The translations under genes and the position numbers were made by a program. 64,000 nucleotides of DNA from Schizochytrium sp. TIO01. Its lineage: Eukaryota > Protista > Bigyra: Labyrinthulomycetes. The DNA is taken from contig SMSO01000010.1 of the NCBI GenBank assembly GCA_004764695.1, forward strand, positions 1 to 64,000, written 5' to 3'. Position 1 is the stretch's first letter. Each line of letters opens with the position of its first letter. This document shows, in pieces, positions 20,133 to 29,774 of the stretch. The notes beneath the pieces are model-generated. The model saw nothing but the letters and a program-made list of their open reading frames with translations. It was not told where the DNA came from and made no database searches.

Positions 20133-21005
20133 CTATGTACTAGGGGTGATATAGTACATAGTACCTACTGCGGCTAAAGCAGGAGCAACGCGCGCGAGAA
20201 GAGCTGCATCCTTCGGAAGTGGCACACTGTTGAGAAACAGCAAAGAGAGTGCGAGCAATGCGGCGTCGCGGTAACCAATGGTTGCAAGCAGTGCTGAGAC
20301 AGCGATGACCGCCAAGAGCTTCTTCAGTTCGGGTCGTTCGCGATTGACGATGAGCAATCCAACATCCAGAATTGCCAGAGGTGCGAGGGCTGCAAAAGCC
20401 ACAATTCTTCGCAAATCGTCATCATGCGGGCGAGTGCTGACCAGTGCAGAAGCTACAATGCTGCCAAACAAGACCGCTGTAAGCAGGGGGGTGTTTGCAG
20501 TATTAGGACGCACTGGCGGAAATGCAAAATAGATGGCGATAGCTAGAAAAGCAAGAGTTCCAACCAAAGAAAAGGGCGTCTGTACAAGAACCGCAAGACC
20601 TGAAGTGAATGAGGGGCCTGTATTCAAAGCGAGAGAACCATGCAAGCCCTTGCCTAGTGAATGAATCACCATACAGAGCAAACAGATCAATAATGCAAGT
20701 ATACCGTAGTGTAAATAGGGCAGCCGTTCTTTCATGTATGGAGGTATAGCTAAACGGATGACACCCTGGCGAAAGATAATTGCGACTGTAAAGAGCATGA
20801 CCAGTGCAACCAGTCCACCCGTGGGGCCCCCTGTTGCTGGTTTGTCCTTTGCTCTGATCGGATGTGCTTCATTATCACTCTGGGAGAGTGTCCCAGTGAA
20901 AAAACTAAATACGAAAGCCAGGGAAGCGAGCAGTGTTAATTCAGGCGAGAGGGAACTGACCACCTTGTTCAATTGCTCGGTGTGTTGCGCAATTTTCTCT
21001 TTCAT
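20133..21005 (-). CDS. Polytopic membrane protein
   Basis: 290 aa with many hydrophobic helices. Confidence 0.7.
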   Translation of the reverse strand: MKEKIAQHTEQLNKVVSSLSPELTLLASLAFVFSFFTGTLSQSDNEAHPIRAKDKPATGGPTGGLVALVMLFTVAIIFRQGVIRLAIPPYMKERLPYLHYGILALLICLLCMVIHSLGKGLHGSLALNTGPSFTSGLAVLVQTPFSLVGTLAFLAIAIYFAFPPVRPNTANTPLLTAVLFGSIVASALVSTRPHDDDLRRIVAFAALAPLAILDVGLLIVNRERPELKKLLAVIAVSALLATIGYRDAALLALSLLFLNSVPLPKDAALLARVAPALAAVGTMYYITPST

Positions 21006-21064
21006 AATTGGTTAAATGTTTGTGATCCTCAATTGATTTACTTATTAATGATTACAGAGGGTTT

Positions 21065-22882
21065 TTATTTTGCAAGTTCAAGGAATCGGAGACCTCCGGT
21101 CACCTTTGCTTCAAATGTCTGCCAGGATGGCAATAAATAGTCAAGGGTGGTACCCGATCCCCTAGGAGCACAAAAATTGGCATCTGTGTACTGAGAGAGA
21201 CAGTTGGGATCAGAGAAGCGACTGTCAATTGAGTTGAGGAGCCTGACATACTCACCACGCAAGTCTCGGAAAGTAAGGTTCATTTTAGATAGCGGTGCTG
21301 GCGTTTGCATAGGAGCGTAGACCATGCTCTGCAAGACACTCATAGGAATCGCACCTGTTGCATTAGCGGCTATTTCTGCCTGTAGCACGCTTGTATTAAA
21401 ACCAAGGCGGGACATGTCATTTAAGCGTGCAAATTCATAAGTTAAAAGACCGCCTGAGCCGTAGAGCTTTTCGACAAGGTTAAGAAATTCTGTTTTGATG
21501 GCTGCATCTGTTTCTTCTTTCTTATCTTTTGAAACGTAGTAGAGCCCGCACGTGAAACGTGTTTCCTCATCCATATAAGCAAGCCAAGGAGAGGTCAATT
21601 TAAGTAATGCAGACACTTCTGGGGAAGCAGAACCCTGCAGCGGGATCAATTCTGGGGTCGTTCGATAAACATTGAAGACTGCGGTGCGCAAAAATTGGCG
21701 GAACAGCGTCGGTTGTACAATTAAAGGCAAAAGCTTGATGTTATCTAACGTCTGGAAGTTGCGAATTTGGTCTACGACGGGTAAACTGCTGGTCCCCACA
21801 GCGCCCATGTGCCTAATGAGCAATTTAAAGGTGTCAGCGTGAATGATAAAGCCGTGGTTACGCAGCATTTGCACTCTACCTGAATAAAGACCATTCTTAG
21901 GCGTAAATGCAAATGGTTTGGCTTGTTGAAGTGCCTGGTCAACTCTTGTGCGATACTGTAAGTCTGGAATTGTGACGAAGGGTAACATCAATGTATGCAC
22001 AAGCTGAAAGAAGGCTCCTGCTTGAACTCGTTTCTGTGCGTCATCCATTTGCTGAAAGTAACCTTCCTTCCAGCCAAAATGCGACTGGATTTTAGCAGCA
22101 AAGCTGATGGCCTTACTTCCCGTGTAAGCGCCAAAAGTCCCGAATTTAGTTAGATACTCCATGGAAGGGCCGGCAAAGGTGCTCATGTAATTCAATCCAC
22201 CCAGTACAGCACCCTGCAGGAAATCGTTTGCCCAGCTTGTGAAAAACCACGCACTCTTAGGCACTGTGGCATTCCAAAGAGCTGCCTCAGCATAAATACC
22301 AGCGCGAGAAGCGGTGTTTTCACCAATGTGAGAGCCATCGAAGGGCTCAAAAGAGGGCACAGGTGGGCTCTGGTCAGAGCCATCAAAGTTGTAGGTTGTG
22401 AAAGGCCTATTTTCTGGGTTTTGTGCAGAGTTTCTGAGTGAGAAGTAAGTGCTATAAACATCATTTGAAAAGATTTCTTCTCCTTTGATTTCCTTTGCAA
22501 TGCGCATGGTTGTATCAACCACCTCGTGGATTGCTGTGACAATCAGATTAAAGATGGATGCCAGCACGGTAAGGTAAACCAATAGAGCTGCAATATAAAT
22601 AAGCACAGGAATGAACGTTCCAGGCAGCTCTCTTGCAATTACCCGAGAAGCCTGGAAAAAGTAGCTACTGATCAGATTAGCAAGAGTGAGCATGACGCAA
22701 AGCTCTACGAGTCCACCGAAGATTTGGCCGGCTATCTTAAGCTTGTCTTCAGGACGAAAACAGTCATTCATGGCCTTGCAAGCAGCTATGATAGAGGAGG
22801 CAAGAATAAGACGACAGAGAAGCCGCAATGAAGATTTAATTGTTTCTGTTACTGAGAGCATTAGAGAAGTCTGCGAGGGCAT
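21065..22882 (-). CDS. Hypothetical protein with N-terminal TM helices
   Basis: 605-aa ORF with 2-3 N-terminal hydrophobic segments. Confidence 0.7.
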   Translation of the reverse strand: MPSQTSLMLSVTETIKSSLRLLCRLILASSIIAACKAMNDCFRPEDKLKIAGQIFGGLVELCVMLTLANLISSYFFQASRVIARELPGTFIPVLIYIAALLVYLTVLASIFNLIVTAIHEVVDTTMRIAKEIKGEEIFSNDVYSTYFSLRNSAQNPENRPFTTYNFDGSDQSPPVPSFEPFDGSHIGENTASRAGIYAEAALWNATVPKSAWFFTSWANDFLQGAVLGGLNYMSTFAGPSMEYLTKFGTFGAYTGSKAISFAAKIQSHFGWKEGYFQQMDDAQKRVQAGAFFQLVHTLMLPFVTIPDLQYRTRVDQALQQAKPFAFTPKNGLYSGRVQMLRNHGFIIHADTFKLLIRHMGAVGTSSLPVVDQIRNFQTLDNIKLLPLIVQPTLFRQFLRTAVFNVYRTTPELIPLQGSASPEVSALLKLTSPWLAYMDEETRFTCGLYYVSKDKKEETDAAIKTEFLNLVEKLYGSGGLLTYEFARLNDMSRLGFNTSVLQAEIAANATGAIPMSVLQSMVYAPMQTPAPLSKMNLTFRDLRGEYVRLLNSIDSRFSDPNCLSQYTDANFCAPRGSGTTLDYLLPSWQTFEAKVTGGLRFLELAK

Positions 22883-23795
22883 TTAACTGTCTTTCTGTGA
22901 GTCTTTCACTTTCAGGGCCCGAGAATATTTCCACGTAGTTTTTGACCTTTCGGATTTGCGGAGTAGTTGCCTCTTTGTCTTCCTGGATGTTTACAGGCTC
23001 AAAGTCGTTTTCGTCGTCGCTTTCGCTTTCGTTTTCGCTTTCGCTTTCACATTTACTGATGCCTTCTTCCTCTTCAAGCTCAATGAGCTTTTCAGCGAGG
23101 ATGGTTGCAAGAATTCCTTCATCAATCGGAGTAGCTGCGCGAGCTCGTCGATGCGCTTCCTGAATCAAATGTAAACGCAAACTGAATGCAGAGCCGTCGC
23201 CTTTGTAGGTATTATCTTCCACCACCACGGGTTCACCCTCTTCTGCTTGTTTCTGGAAAGCTTCGTAATCCTGCGCATACTTTTTAAGAAGCTGTGAGGT
23301 CAAGCCGGTATAATTAAAGTTTGTAATTGTGACCGAGCCACTTTCGCTACTCTGTGACCCTTCATCGTCCTCATGAATAGTTTCGGGGAGACTATGGCGG
23401 TGTGAATTCTTAGAAGTTTTAGAGCCGGTTCGTTTCTTTTTGCTGCTACTGCCTCTGCTGCTTCTGCTGCTTTTGCTGCTTTTGTCGACCTCGTCACTTT
23501 GCTCAAGGTGCTCTTCATTATCACCAAGCGGAGGGGCATCCGAACTGGCAGATTTTCGACTATCAAAAGCCATGGCCATGCTGAAAGCAAGGCTTCCCAC
23601 GCCCAGCATGAGCAGAAGACTATTTCCTGAAAATTTACTTTTGTCCAGCATGTTTGGCAATACAACAATTGTTTTTTGATTTAATTGGGAGACAGCGAAA
23701 AAATTATTCTGATGTTTTTTACTTGCTGGCAGGGTAATAAAATGGCTGGCGACCACCACGACCATCAGGAGCGCCATACCAAACCGGAATGTCAT
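22836..23795 (-). CDS. Hypothetical membrane-anchored Ser/Glu-rich protein
   Basis: 319-aa ORF; start may be an internal Met. Confidence 0.6.
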   Translation of the reverse strand: MTFRFGMALLMVVVVASHFITLPASKKHQNNFFAVSQLNQKTIVVLPNMLDKSKFSGNSLLLMLGVGSLAFSMAMAFDSRKSASSDAPPLGDNEEHLEQSDEVDKSSKSSRSSRGSSSKKKRTGSKTSKNSHRHSLPETIHEDDEGSQSSESGSVTITNFNYTGLTSQLLKKYAQDYEAFQKQAEEGEPVVVEDNTYKGDGSAFSLRLHLIQEAHRRARAATPIDEGILATILAEKLIELEEEEGISKCESESENESESDDENDFEPVNIQEDKEATTPQIRKVKNYVEIFSGPESERLTERQLNALADFSNALSNRNN

Positions 23796-24297
23796 GATCC
23801 ATGCGAATATTGGCAGGCAAAAGCAAGTCCGGGCGATGGTAAGCGTCCATGCGCCCTAAAACAGCATGCGTGTTCCTCCATACATGCTGCTTATTCGGTC
23901 GAGGCAGAGAAATACCACCCCTGTACTGATTCATACGCGCAATAAATTGATTCGGGGACTCTTTCATTCGAGACTTCCACAATCGGTCGTGCGACGACTT
24001 AATTTGTTGCAACTCTGCATCAGGATTGCGCAGAAGAGGTGTTCTCAGGTTTTCTGGGGAGACCTCACTCGTGCGTGGCTCCAAACGCTGTGCCTCTTTT
24101 GCAAGAATCTCATCACTCCTTTGAACGTAAGAATGATCAATGTGCGCACGGCGGCGGCGATCCCGAAGAATCATTGTTCGCATTAAGAGATCCGAGTCTT
24201 CCTTCAACAAAGGAGCGCGCTGAATCGAGTTCTCAGCTTCTATCATTTCACGCATGCTCTGGGCGGCGTCGAGGTGCTGTGCAATAACTTTATGCAT
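23719..24297 (-). CDS. Hypothetical protein
   Basis: ATG-started 192-aa ORF divergent from 24400. Confidence 0.6.
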   Translation of the reverse strand: MHKVIAQHLDAAQSMREMIEAENSIQRAPLLKEDSDLLMRTMILRDRRRRAHIDHSYVQRSDEILAKEAQRLEPRTSEVSPENLRTPLLRNPDAELQQIKSSHDRLWKSRMKESPNQFIARMNQYRGGISLPRPNKQHVWRNTHAVLGRMDAYHRPDLLLPANIRMDHDIPVWYGAPDGRGGRQPFYYPASK

Positions 24298-24399
24298 TGT
24301 AAGAACAAATTGCTTCTACTCAAGTGCAGAGATAAGTTTTTTTATCTGGTTTCCTGCTAGGTACAAACTAGATTCATTGAAAACAAAATAATTACAAGG

Positions 24400-25284
24400 A
24401 TGCAAGCCGATTTAGATTTTTACATGGACTACGCCGACTCTCTTACATCCCACGGAGAGCCGTACAGGCCACTGGACACCGGAAACACATTCGGAAAGAT
24501 GCTCAAGGATAATCACAACTCGTTCGCGCAGCACAATCGGTCTAGGGCTCTCGAAAATAAGGTGCGCTCTCCAGGAGGCGAGGGTGCGGTAGCCCAAAAT
24601 TTACAAATGATGAAGTACGAATTGGGCGGAAACTCGATGGGCAGTCGCTTAATCCCGCCAAACTTCGAGCGCTACATTGAGTCGGCAGGAAATGTAACTG
24701 CACAAGGGGCAGCGGACGAGATATCTTGGGTCGATGAACTAGAAGGTAACTTTAGTCTACAGTTAGACGACCACATCGGAGGAGTCGCAAGTCAAATCAT
24801 GAACGCTAATATGTTTAACTCTCGCAACCCTGCACCTAATTTGAATCGCAACTTGCTCTATCCTTCAAATTATAGTAACTTTCAGCGTGATAATGATCAA
24901 CTCACTGATGAAATTGCGAACTCTTATCGCATTATGGCAAATAGCAATCAAAAAAGTGGAATGACTGGTGTGAAGCATCATCACAAATATAGACTTCCGC
25001 CCATTGGATACTCTTCAAGACGCCACGTCCCTGTCATGCAATTGCGCACTTCGCGCGAGAGCCGAAACGGACTCCACATGAAATCTACTCCCCGGCGACT
25101 TGATCCTATGCTGCAATTTCGCAGCAACGGGCCTATTCGCACAGATATTTTCGAAGACGAAGCGGATTATAACAAGTTCTTCGAACGCTCTAAAAGGGAA
25201 GGCTTCCTAGACGGACTCACACAAAACCTGGAGCCCAAGGGCGGGGCCTTGTCCTTTGAAACCGAAACATACGGCTACTACTAA
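24400..25284 (+). CDS. Hypothetical protein
   Basis: ATG-started 294-aa ORF, Asn-rich. Confidence 0.7.
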   Translation: MQADLDFYMDYADSLTSHGEPYRPLDTGNTFGKMLKDNHNSFAQHNRSRALENKVRSPGGEGAVAQNLQMMKYELGGNSMGSRLIPPNFERYIESAGNVTAQGAADEISWVDELEGNFSLQLDDHIGGVASQIMNANMFNSRNPAPNLNRNLLYPSNYSNFQRDNDQLTDEIANSYRIMANSNQKSGMTGVKHHHKYRLPPIGYSSRRHVPVMQLRTSRESRNGLHMKSTPRRLDPMLQFRSNGPIRTDIFEDEADYNKFFERSKREGFLDGLTQNLEPKGGALSFETETYGYY

Positions 25285-25335
25285 TTTTATCACAATAATC
25301 TTGTAAGATTCTTTCTCTAAAAACCTTTGTAAAAA

Positions 25336-26052
25336 ATGGGTCATCTCCTTACGAAACCAATCTCTGAATTTGATAAGCGCATTATGAAAATTGCTGCTGG
25401 CGTCTGTCTTTCCGCATCAATTTTAATGCTTATCGCAACCATTGCTTTGACTGTAATGGGCCACCTGGAAGTTCAAGCCACAGGAAGGACATCCTCGCGG
25501 AGCATCTTTAACGGAAGGAGCCGCAATAATGCCATTGTAGGCGTTTGCTCTGAGCTCTCCGCAACCGAAAACGTTTGCCAGAATGAATATAAATTGACTA
25601 CAGGCGATGGCGCCCTTTTCCCAGCTGGTCGCTACTTGAATGGAACTATGCTCACAACTGATCAAGAAAACAGTAACACAATTGCATTTGTTCCTGTGCC
25701 CTCAGAGAAGAGGAGAAGAGCATATTACATGATCGATGTAAATACAAAACTGGCATTTGCTTGTGGAGTGCCAAATGATCAATCTGACATCGGTGGTACG
25801 TGTGAATTCATCGAAGATCTTAGCTCTTCTTCTCATTTGACCGAGTGGGAATTTCATGAAACTAAACTTTCTAACTTCCGGCTTTTCAGGCTAGTTGCAA
25901 GGCCTGGTGTGCGCTGCAGCTCAGCCAACTGCCAGCTAGCAGAGCAATTCCAATATTATTTATCCTGTGATGAAACCACGTCTGAAAACTTTTGCAGCCT
26001 CTTCGTGGAAAAACAAGCCACATCTCTAGTTTTTGATCTCGAAAAGCAATAA
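25336..26052 (+). CDS. Cys-rich protein with N-terminal anchor and beta-rich ectodomain
   Basis: N-terminal TM, SSRS, CSELSATENVCQNEYKL, several Cys pairs; immediately upstream of MCP. Confidence 0.7.
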   Translation: MGHLLTKPISEFDKRIMKIAAGVCLSASILMLIATIALTVMGHLEVQATGRTSSRSIFNGRSRNNAIVGVCSELSATENVCQNEYKLTTGDGALFPAGRYLNGTMLTTDQENSNTIAFVPVPSEKRRRAYYMIDVNTKLAFACGVPNDQSDIGGTCEFIEDLSSSSHLTEWEFHETKLSNFRLFRLVARPGVRCSSANCQLAEQFQYYLSCDETTSENFCSLFVEKQATSLVFDLEKQ

Positions 26053-26189
26053 ATCTTTTTTTTTCTTTACTGAAAACTTGCAATATTTTGATACTCCTCA
26101 CAAAAGATTTGAAATGATCAAAATTTTTTATCTATACCCACAATTGTAATCAAATAATTGATTCATAAAACACAAAAACCCAAAGAACG

Positions 26190-27470
26190 ATGAGCTCTTC
26201 CAATGCAATCATTTATCAAATGTCCGCTCGCGGTCTCCAGGATGTTGTCACTCACTTGAACCCCGATTTGAGCCTCTGGCGCAAGAAGCACAAGAAGATC
26301 GCCAATTTTGCTATCGACGATCCTCACATTGATGCGCCTACTGCACGCTGGGGCCGAGAGGTTATCGGAACAATTCCTCGAGCTGGAGATCTTCTGCGCG
26401 ACATGCACTTGCAAATTGATATCAATCCTGTCCGACTTGCAGACCCTGGTCCCAATAACGACACTGTCAATTTTACCAATGTGCTTGGAAATTCTTGCTT
26501 TGAAGATGTTACACTTCGCATGGGTCACGTGACTATGGAACAAATTTATGGCCAGTACATCGAGCTGATGCACGAGTACGAGCACAATCGAGACAAGAAG
26601 CACGACAGCTATGTGATGCGCGCAGATAACAAGGAAGAGCTTATTGAGTGGAGTAACTACGGTAATGCCATCGATGCTGATGGAAACCGCGTCATTCGCC
26701 TTTTTATTAAGCTTCCTTTCTGGTTTACGCACAGCAATACACTTGCTCTACCAATTTGCGCTCTTGAGTTCTCAGTTATGCACATCGGAGTGAACCTTCG
26801 CCCCAAGCAACGCCTTTTGCAGTTCTCCAACCCTAACAACACCCGCCTTGATGAGCAGTTCAACGGAGAGATCAAGAAAATGGACTTTGTGCCTCAATTT
26901 GTTTATGTAGAGGACGCCGAGCGAGATGTCTACCTGAACAAGCCGGCAGAGTTCGTTATCCAGCAGTCTCAGCGGTCCACCTATCACGTTAAGGCACCTG
27001 GCCAGACCCGCCTTACAGTCGATCTTCAGTTTAACCACCCCATCAAGTACCTTCTCTGGGTTGTCCAGCGCGACGAGGCAATTCAAAACAACGAGTATTA
27101 TGATTACTCACTTACTGGATACGGTGACGACCCCTTCCTTAACTGTTCGCTTCGAATTAATCGCGCAGACCGCGTCTCTCGGCAGACTCCTGAATACTAC
27201 CGAATCTACCACCCTATTCAGTTCTTCCAGCGCAAGCCGGAGCGCCCCCAGTATTGCTTCAGTTTTGCAATGTTCGCAGACTCTAAGGCTTACATGCCTT
27301 CTGGTACTATTAATGCGTCTCGACTTGAGGATCTCTCCCTCGTTCTTGAGCTTCCCACTCACGACGGCAACGGAGAGCGCTTCGGTGCAGCCACAGTGAC
27401 CGTGTTTACTTCCTCATTCAACATTGTCTCTATTGCTGATGGCGCTATGCACATTCGTTTTGCTACCTAA
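26190..27470 (+). CDS. mcp: NCLDV double-jelly-roll major capsid protein
   Basis: ARGLQD...NP..SLW......NFA, WG....IPRAGDLL, KLPFWF...LALPICAL, FNHPIKYL.W, YCFSFA...PSGTINASRL, FN...I..G. Confidence 0.95.
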   Translation: MSSSNAIIYQMSARGLQDVVTHLNPDLSLWRKKHKKIANFAIDDPHIDAPTARWGREVIGTIPRAGDLLRDMHLQIDINPVRLADPGPNNDTVNFTNVLGNSCFEDVTLRMGHVTMEQIYGQYIELMHEYEHNRDKKHDSYVMRADNKEELIEWSNYGNAIDADGNRVIRLFIKLPFWFTHSNTLALPICALEFSVMHIGVNLRPKQRLLQFSNPNNTRLDEQFNGEIKKMDFVPQFVYVEDAERDVYLNKPAEFVIQQSQRSTYHVKAPGQTRLTVDLQFNHPIKYLLWVVQRDEAIQNNEYYDYSLTGYGDDPFLNCSLRINRADRVSRQTPEYYRIYHPIQFFQRKPERPQYCFSFAMFADSKAYMPSGTINASRLEDLSLVLELPTHDGNGERFGAATVTVFTSSFNIVSIADGAMHIRFAT

Positions 27471-27596
27471 GAAGAATCCCCATCTTTACAGACTTACGGG
27501 AAAGCCGATTTTTTTCCTTATGTTTTAAAACAATCCTTTCTTTATTTACATTTTTTGAATCTCCCATTTTATAGTTGGTTTTATTATCAATCAAAT

Positions 27597-28565
27597 ATGC
27601 AACACAACAGGAAATACAAAGCAGGAACAGCTTGTATTGGCACGGGAATCGGCTTGGCGGTTCTAGGGGCCACCCTTTTAGGAGTCAGTGAAAGTGTTCA
27701 AGCTCGCGCAAGTGACACTTCAACTAGCTCAACTTCTTCTGTGGTAACCACCACGACCCCCACTGCTACCACAACTGCGGCACCGACCACAACGGCCGCA
27801 CCGACCACTTCAGTTGCTGTTTCAACAGTGACTGTACCTATTCCAGATTTAACAACCGCACCTTCTGCTGAACCTGCACCAGATTGTGTGACTTACAGCG
27901 GAGCAAATCAAACGATCTGTTCTGGTGATGTCGTTCGCTTTAAATTCATGGGAACTGTAGAGTCTCCTACTTCAGGAGATCTCTATATGGAGCTATATGA
28001 CTATTGGTATGGCAATTCTACTTACGGAGATGGTAAACCAATTAATTATGGCTTAGATGACAGCAGCTCTGAGCTTCAGCAATTTAGGTTTGAAGTCAGA
28101 GAGGACACAGCAGAAACACAAACCTGGAATTTTGTTTATAAGGATACAGGCTTTCTCACTTATATTAGCAGTGAGGACCGGGCCTGGATTCGTACAGATA
28201 CAACAAAGGTACAACCAGTCCCCATGGAAGTAGTGTTTAAAAATAATGGGACTGTTGATCTGGTTGCTTACGGTTACAATAAAAGGCTGACCGCTTTATA
28301 CAGTCTTCGGCAGCAGCGAATAATGTGGACGGATTTGGGGTCGAGCGCCACTGGGCTGTGGAAAATGGAGTTTGTCTCAATGAGCGCTCGTTCCACAAGC
28401 ACCAGTGCAAGTGAGTCCAAGTCATCAAAAACAGGGCTTGTAGTTGCCGGAGCATCAGCTACAGCAATTGGGGTGGTTTTATTAATCATCGGCGTTGTGC
28501 TGGTCGCCAAAAATATGAATAATCCGAACGAGGGAGAACAAGAAATACAGATTTCTCAACTCTAA
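27597..28565 (+). CDS. Double-anchor membrane protein (family member 4)
   Basis: N-terminal TM, QARA, Thr-rich stalk, CVTYSGANQTICSGDVVRFK, C-terminal TM. First ATG at 27597. Confidence 0.85.
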   Translation: MQHNRKYKAGTACIGTGIGLAVLGATLLGVSESVQARASDTSTSSTSSVVTTTTPTATTTAAPTTTAAPTTSVAVSTVTVPIPDLTTAPSAEPAPDCVTYSGANQTICSGDVVRFKFMGTVESPTSGDLYMELYDYWYGNSTYGDGKPINYGLDDSSSELQQFRFEVREDTAETQTWNFVYKDTGFLTYISSEDRAWIRTDTTKVQPVPMEVVFKNNGTVDLVAYGYNKRLTALYSLRQQRIMWTDLGSSATGLWKMEFVSMSARSTSTSASESKSSKTGLVVAGASATAIGVVLLIIGVVLVAKNMNNPNEGEQEIQISQL

Positions 28566-28609
28566 GATATATTTATTTGCTTAGCTTGGTTAAACTTAGC
28601 TTCTTTTAT

Positions 28610-29026
28610 TTAGTACACACGGTGGTGTACCTTGTGCGCCTTGTGCTTGTGCGTCTTGCGCTTGTGCGTCTTGTGCGCCTTTGAAAGACCATGGCTGGCA
28701 CGCCACTCGGCCGCGATAACCTTAATGGTCTTCGGTGCGCTATGAGTGTGAGCATAGACCCGGCGAAAGTTAGCCTTTACGAATTGCTGGTAGTTATGCC
28801 CAGTATGAGGGTGTCTCCGCGCAGGAGTAGCGTGCTTGGTAGAACGACCATGCTTAAGAACCCAAGCCTTAGCAGTCATACGCATAGCCATCTGGGAATT
28901 GCCAGTGCGGGCAAAGTAGACCGGAAAATGGGCCTTGCGGAAGCGCTGATAAGCCAGCTGACGAGGGGAGAGCTGACGCGCTCCACCCGAGGCGTGCTTC
29001 TTCTTCTTGTGGTGGTGGACTGTCAT
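28610..29026 (-). CDS. Small His/Lys/Arg-rich protein with two HMG-box/YABBY-like repeats (putative DNA-condensing core protein)
   Basis: AYQRFRKAHF...MTAKAW and NYQQFVKANF...VIAAEW; almost no acidic residues. Confidence 0.7.
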   Translation of the reverse strand: MTVHHHKKKKHASGGARQLSPRQLAYQRFRKAHFPVYFARTGNSQMAMRMTAKAWVLKHGRSTKHATPARRHPHTGHNYQQFVKANFRRVYAHTHSAPKTIKVIAAEWRASHGLSKAHKTHKRKTHKHKAHKVHHRVY

Positions 29027-29248
29027 GATAATAATTTAAAATAAATTTACGATGAAAGTTTCAGTTATATAGTTACATAGAAAAAAAAATATAATAAAAT
29101 TTCAATCTATACTTTTTTTCTCTGTCAAACAGGTAGAGCAAACTTTGGAGGCCCACGAGCTTCCATATAGTTTATAAGGGCGTCCACCTTCACTTCGCTT
29201 TAAAGAAAGAAAGGAAGAAAAAGGAAGAAAGAAAGGAAAGAAAGAACA

Positions 29249-29761
29249 ATGAGCACCTCCAAATCGAAGAACAAGAATGTTGAGGTACAGCAAAATGAAG
29301 AAACAGATGTATCTCGCCGAAACCCACCTCGCAGGCGCGGCCCGCCTAAGCCAATCTATGAACCTGATCCTAACGTAAAATTCGAGGATGACTACGCAGA
29401 AGGCAGCGAAGATGACGAAGAGTTCGACTCTGACGAGGAAATGTCCTTTTCAGATGATGACGAAGAGGATTCTGAAGAGGATTCCTACAATTCTGAAGAT
29501 CGCGACTTTATTGCAGACAGTGACGAAGAAGAATCTGACGGCTCTTACACTGATGGCGATTTTGACGATTCAGGTGAAGGCAGCTCAGATGAAGACAGCT
29601 CAGACGAAGAAGAAGATTCCCACTATGAATCCGGTGATGACTTAGGCAGTAGATACTCTTCGCAGGATGAATATAGTTTCTCCGGAGATGAAACCAACGA
29701 GGACGAGGAAAGCAAGGTGTACAGCAGTGGCGAAGATACAGACCCTACAATGGATGATTAA
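29249..29761 (+). CDS. Highly acidic Asp/Glu/Ser-rich protein with basic N-terminus
   Basis: Composition; RRNPPRRR motif followed by long D/E tracts. Confidence 0.75.
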   Translation: MSTSKSKNKNVEVQQNEETDVSRRNPPRRRGPPKPIYEPDPNVKFEDDYAEGSEDDEEFDSDEEMSFSDDDEEDSEEDSYNSEDRDFIADSDEEESDGSYTDGDFDDSGEGSSDEDSSDEEEDSHYESGDDLGSRYSSQDEYSFSGDETNEDEESKVYSSGEDTDPTMDD

Positions 29762-29774
29762 ATTCTAAATCATT

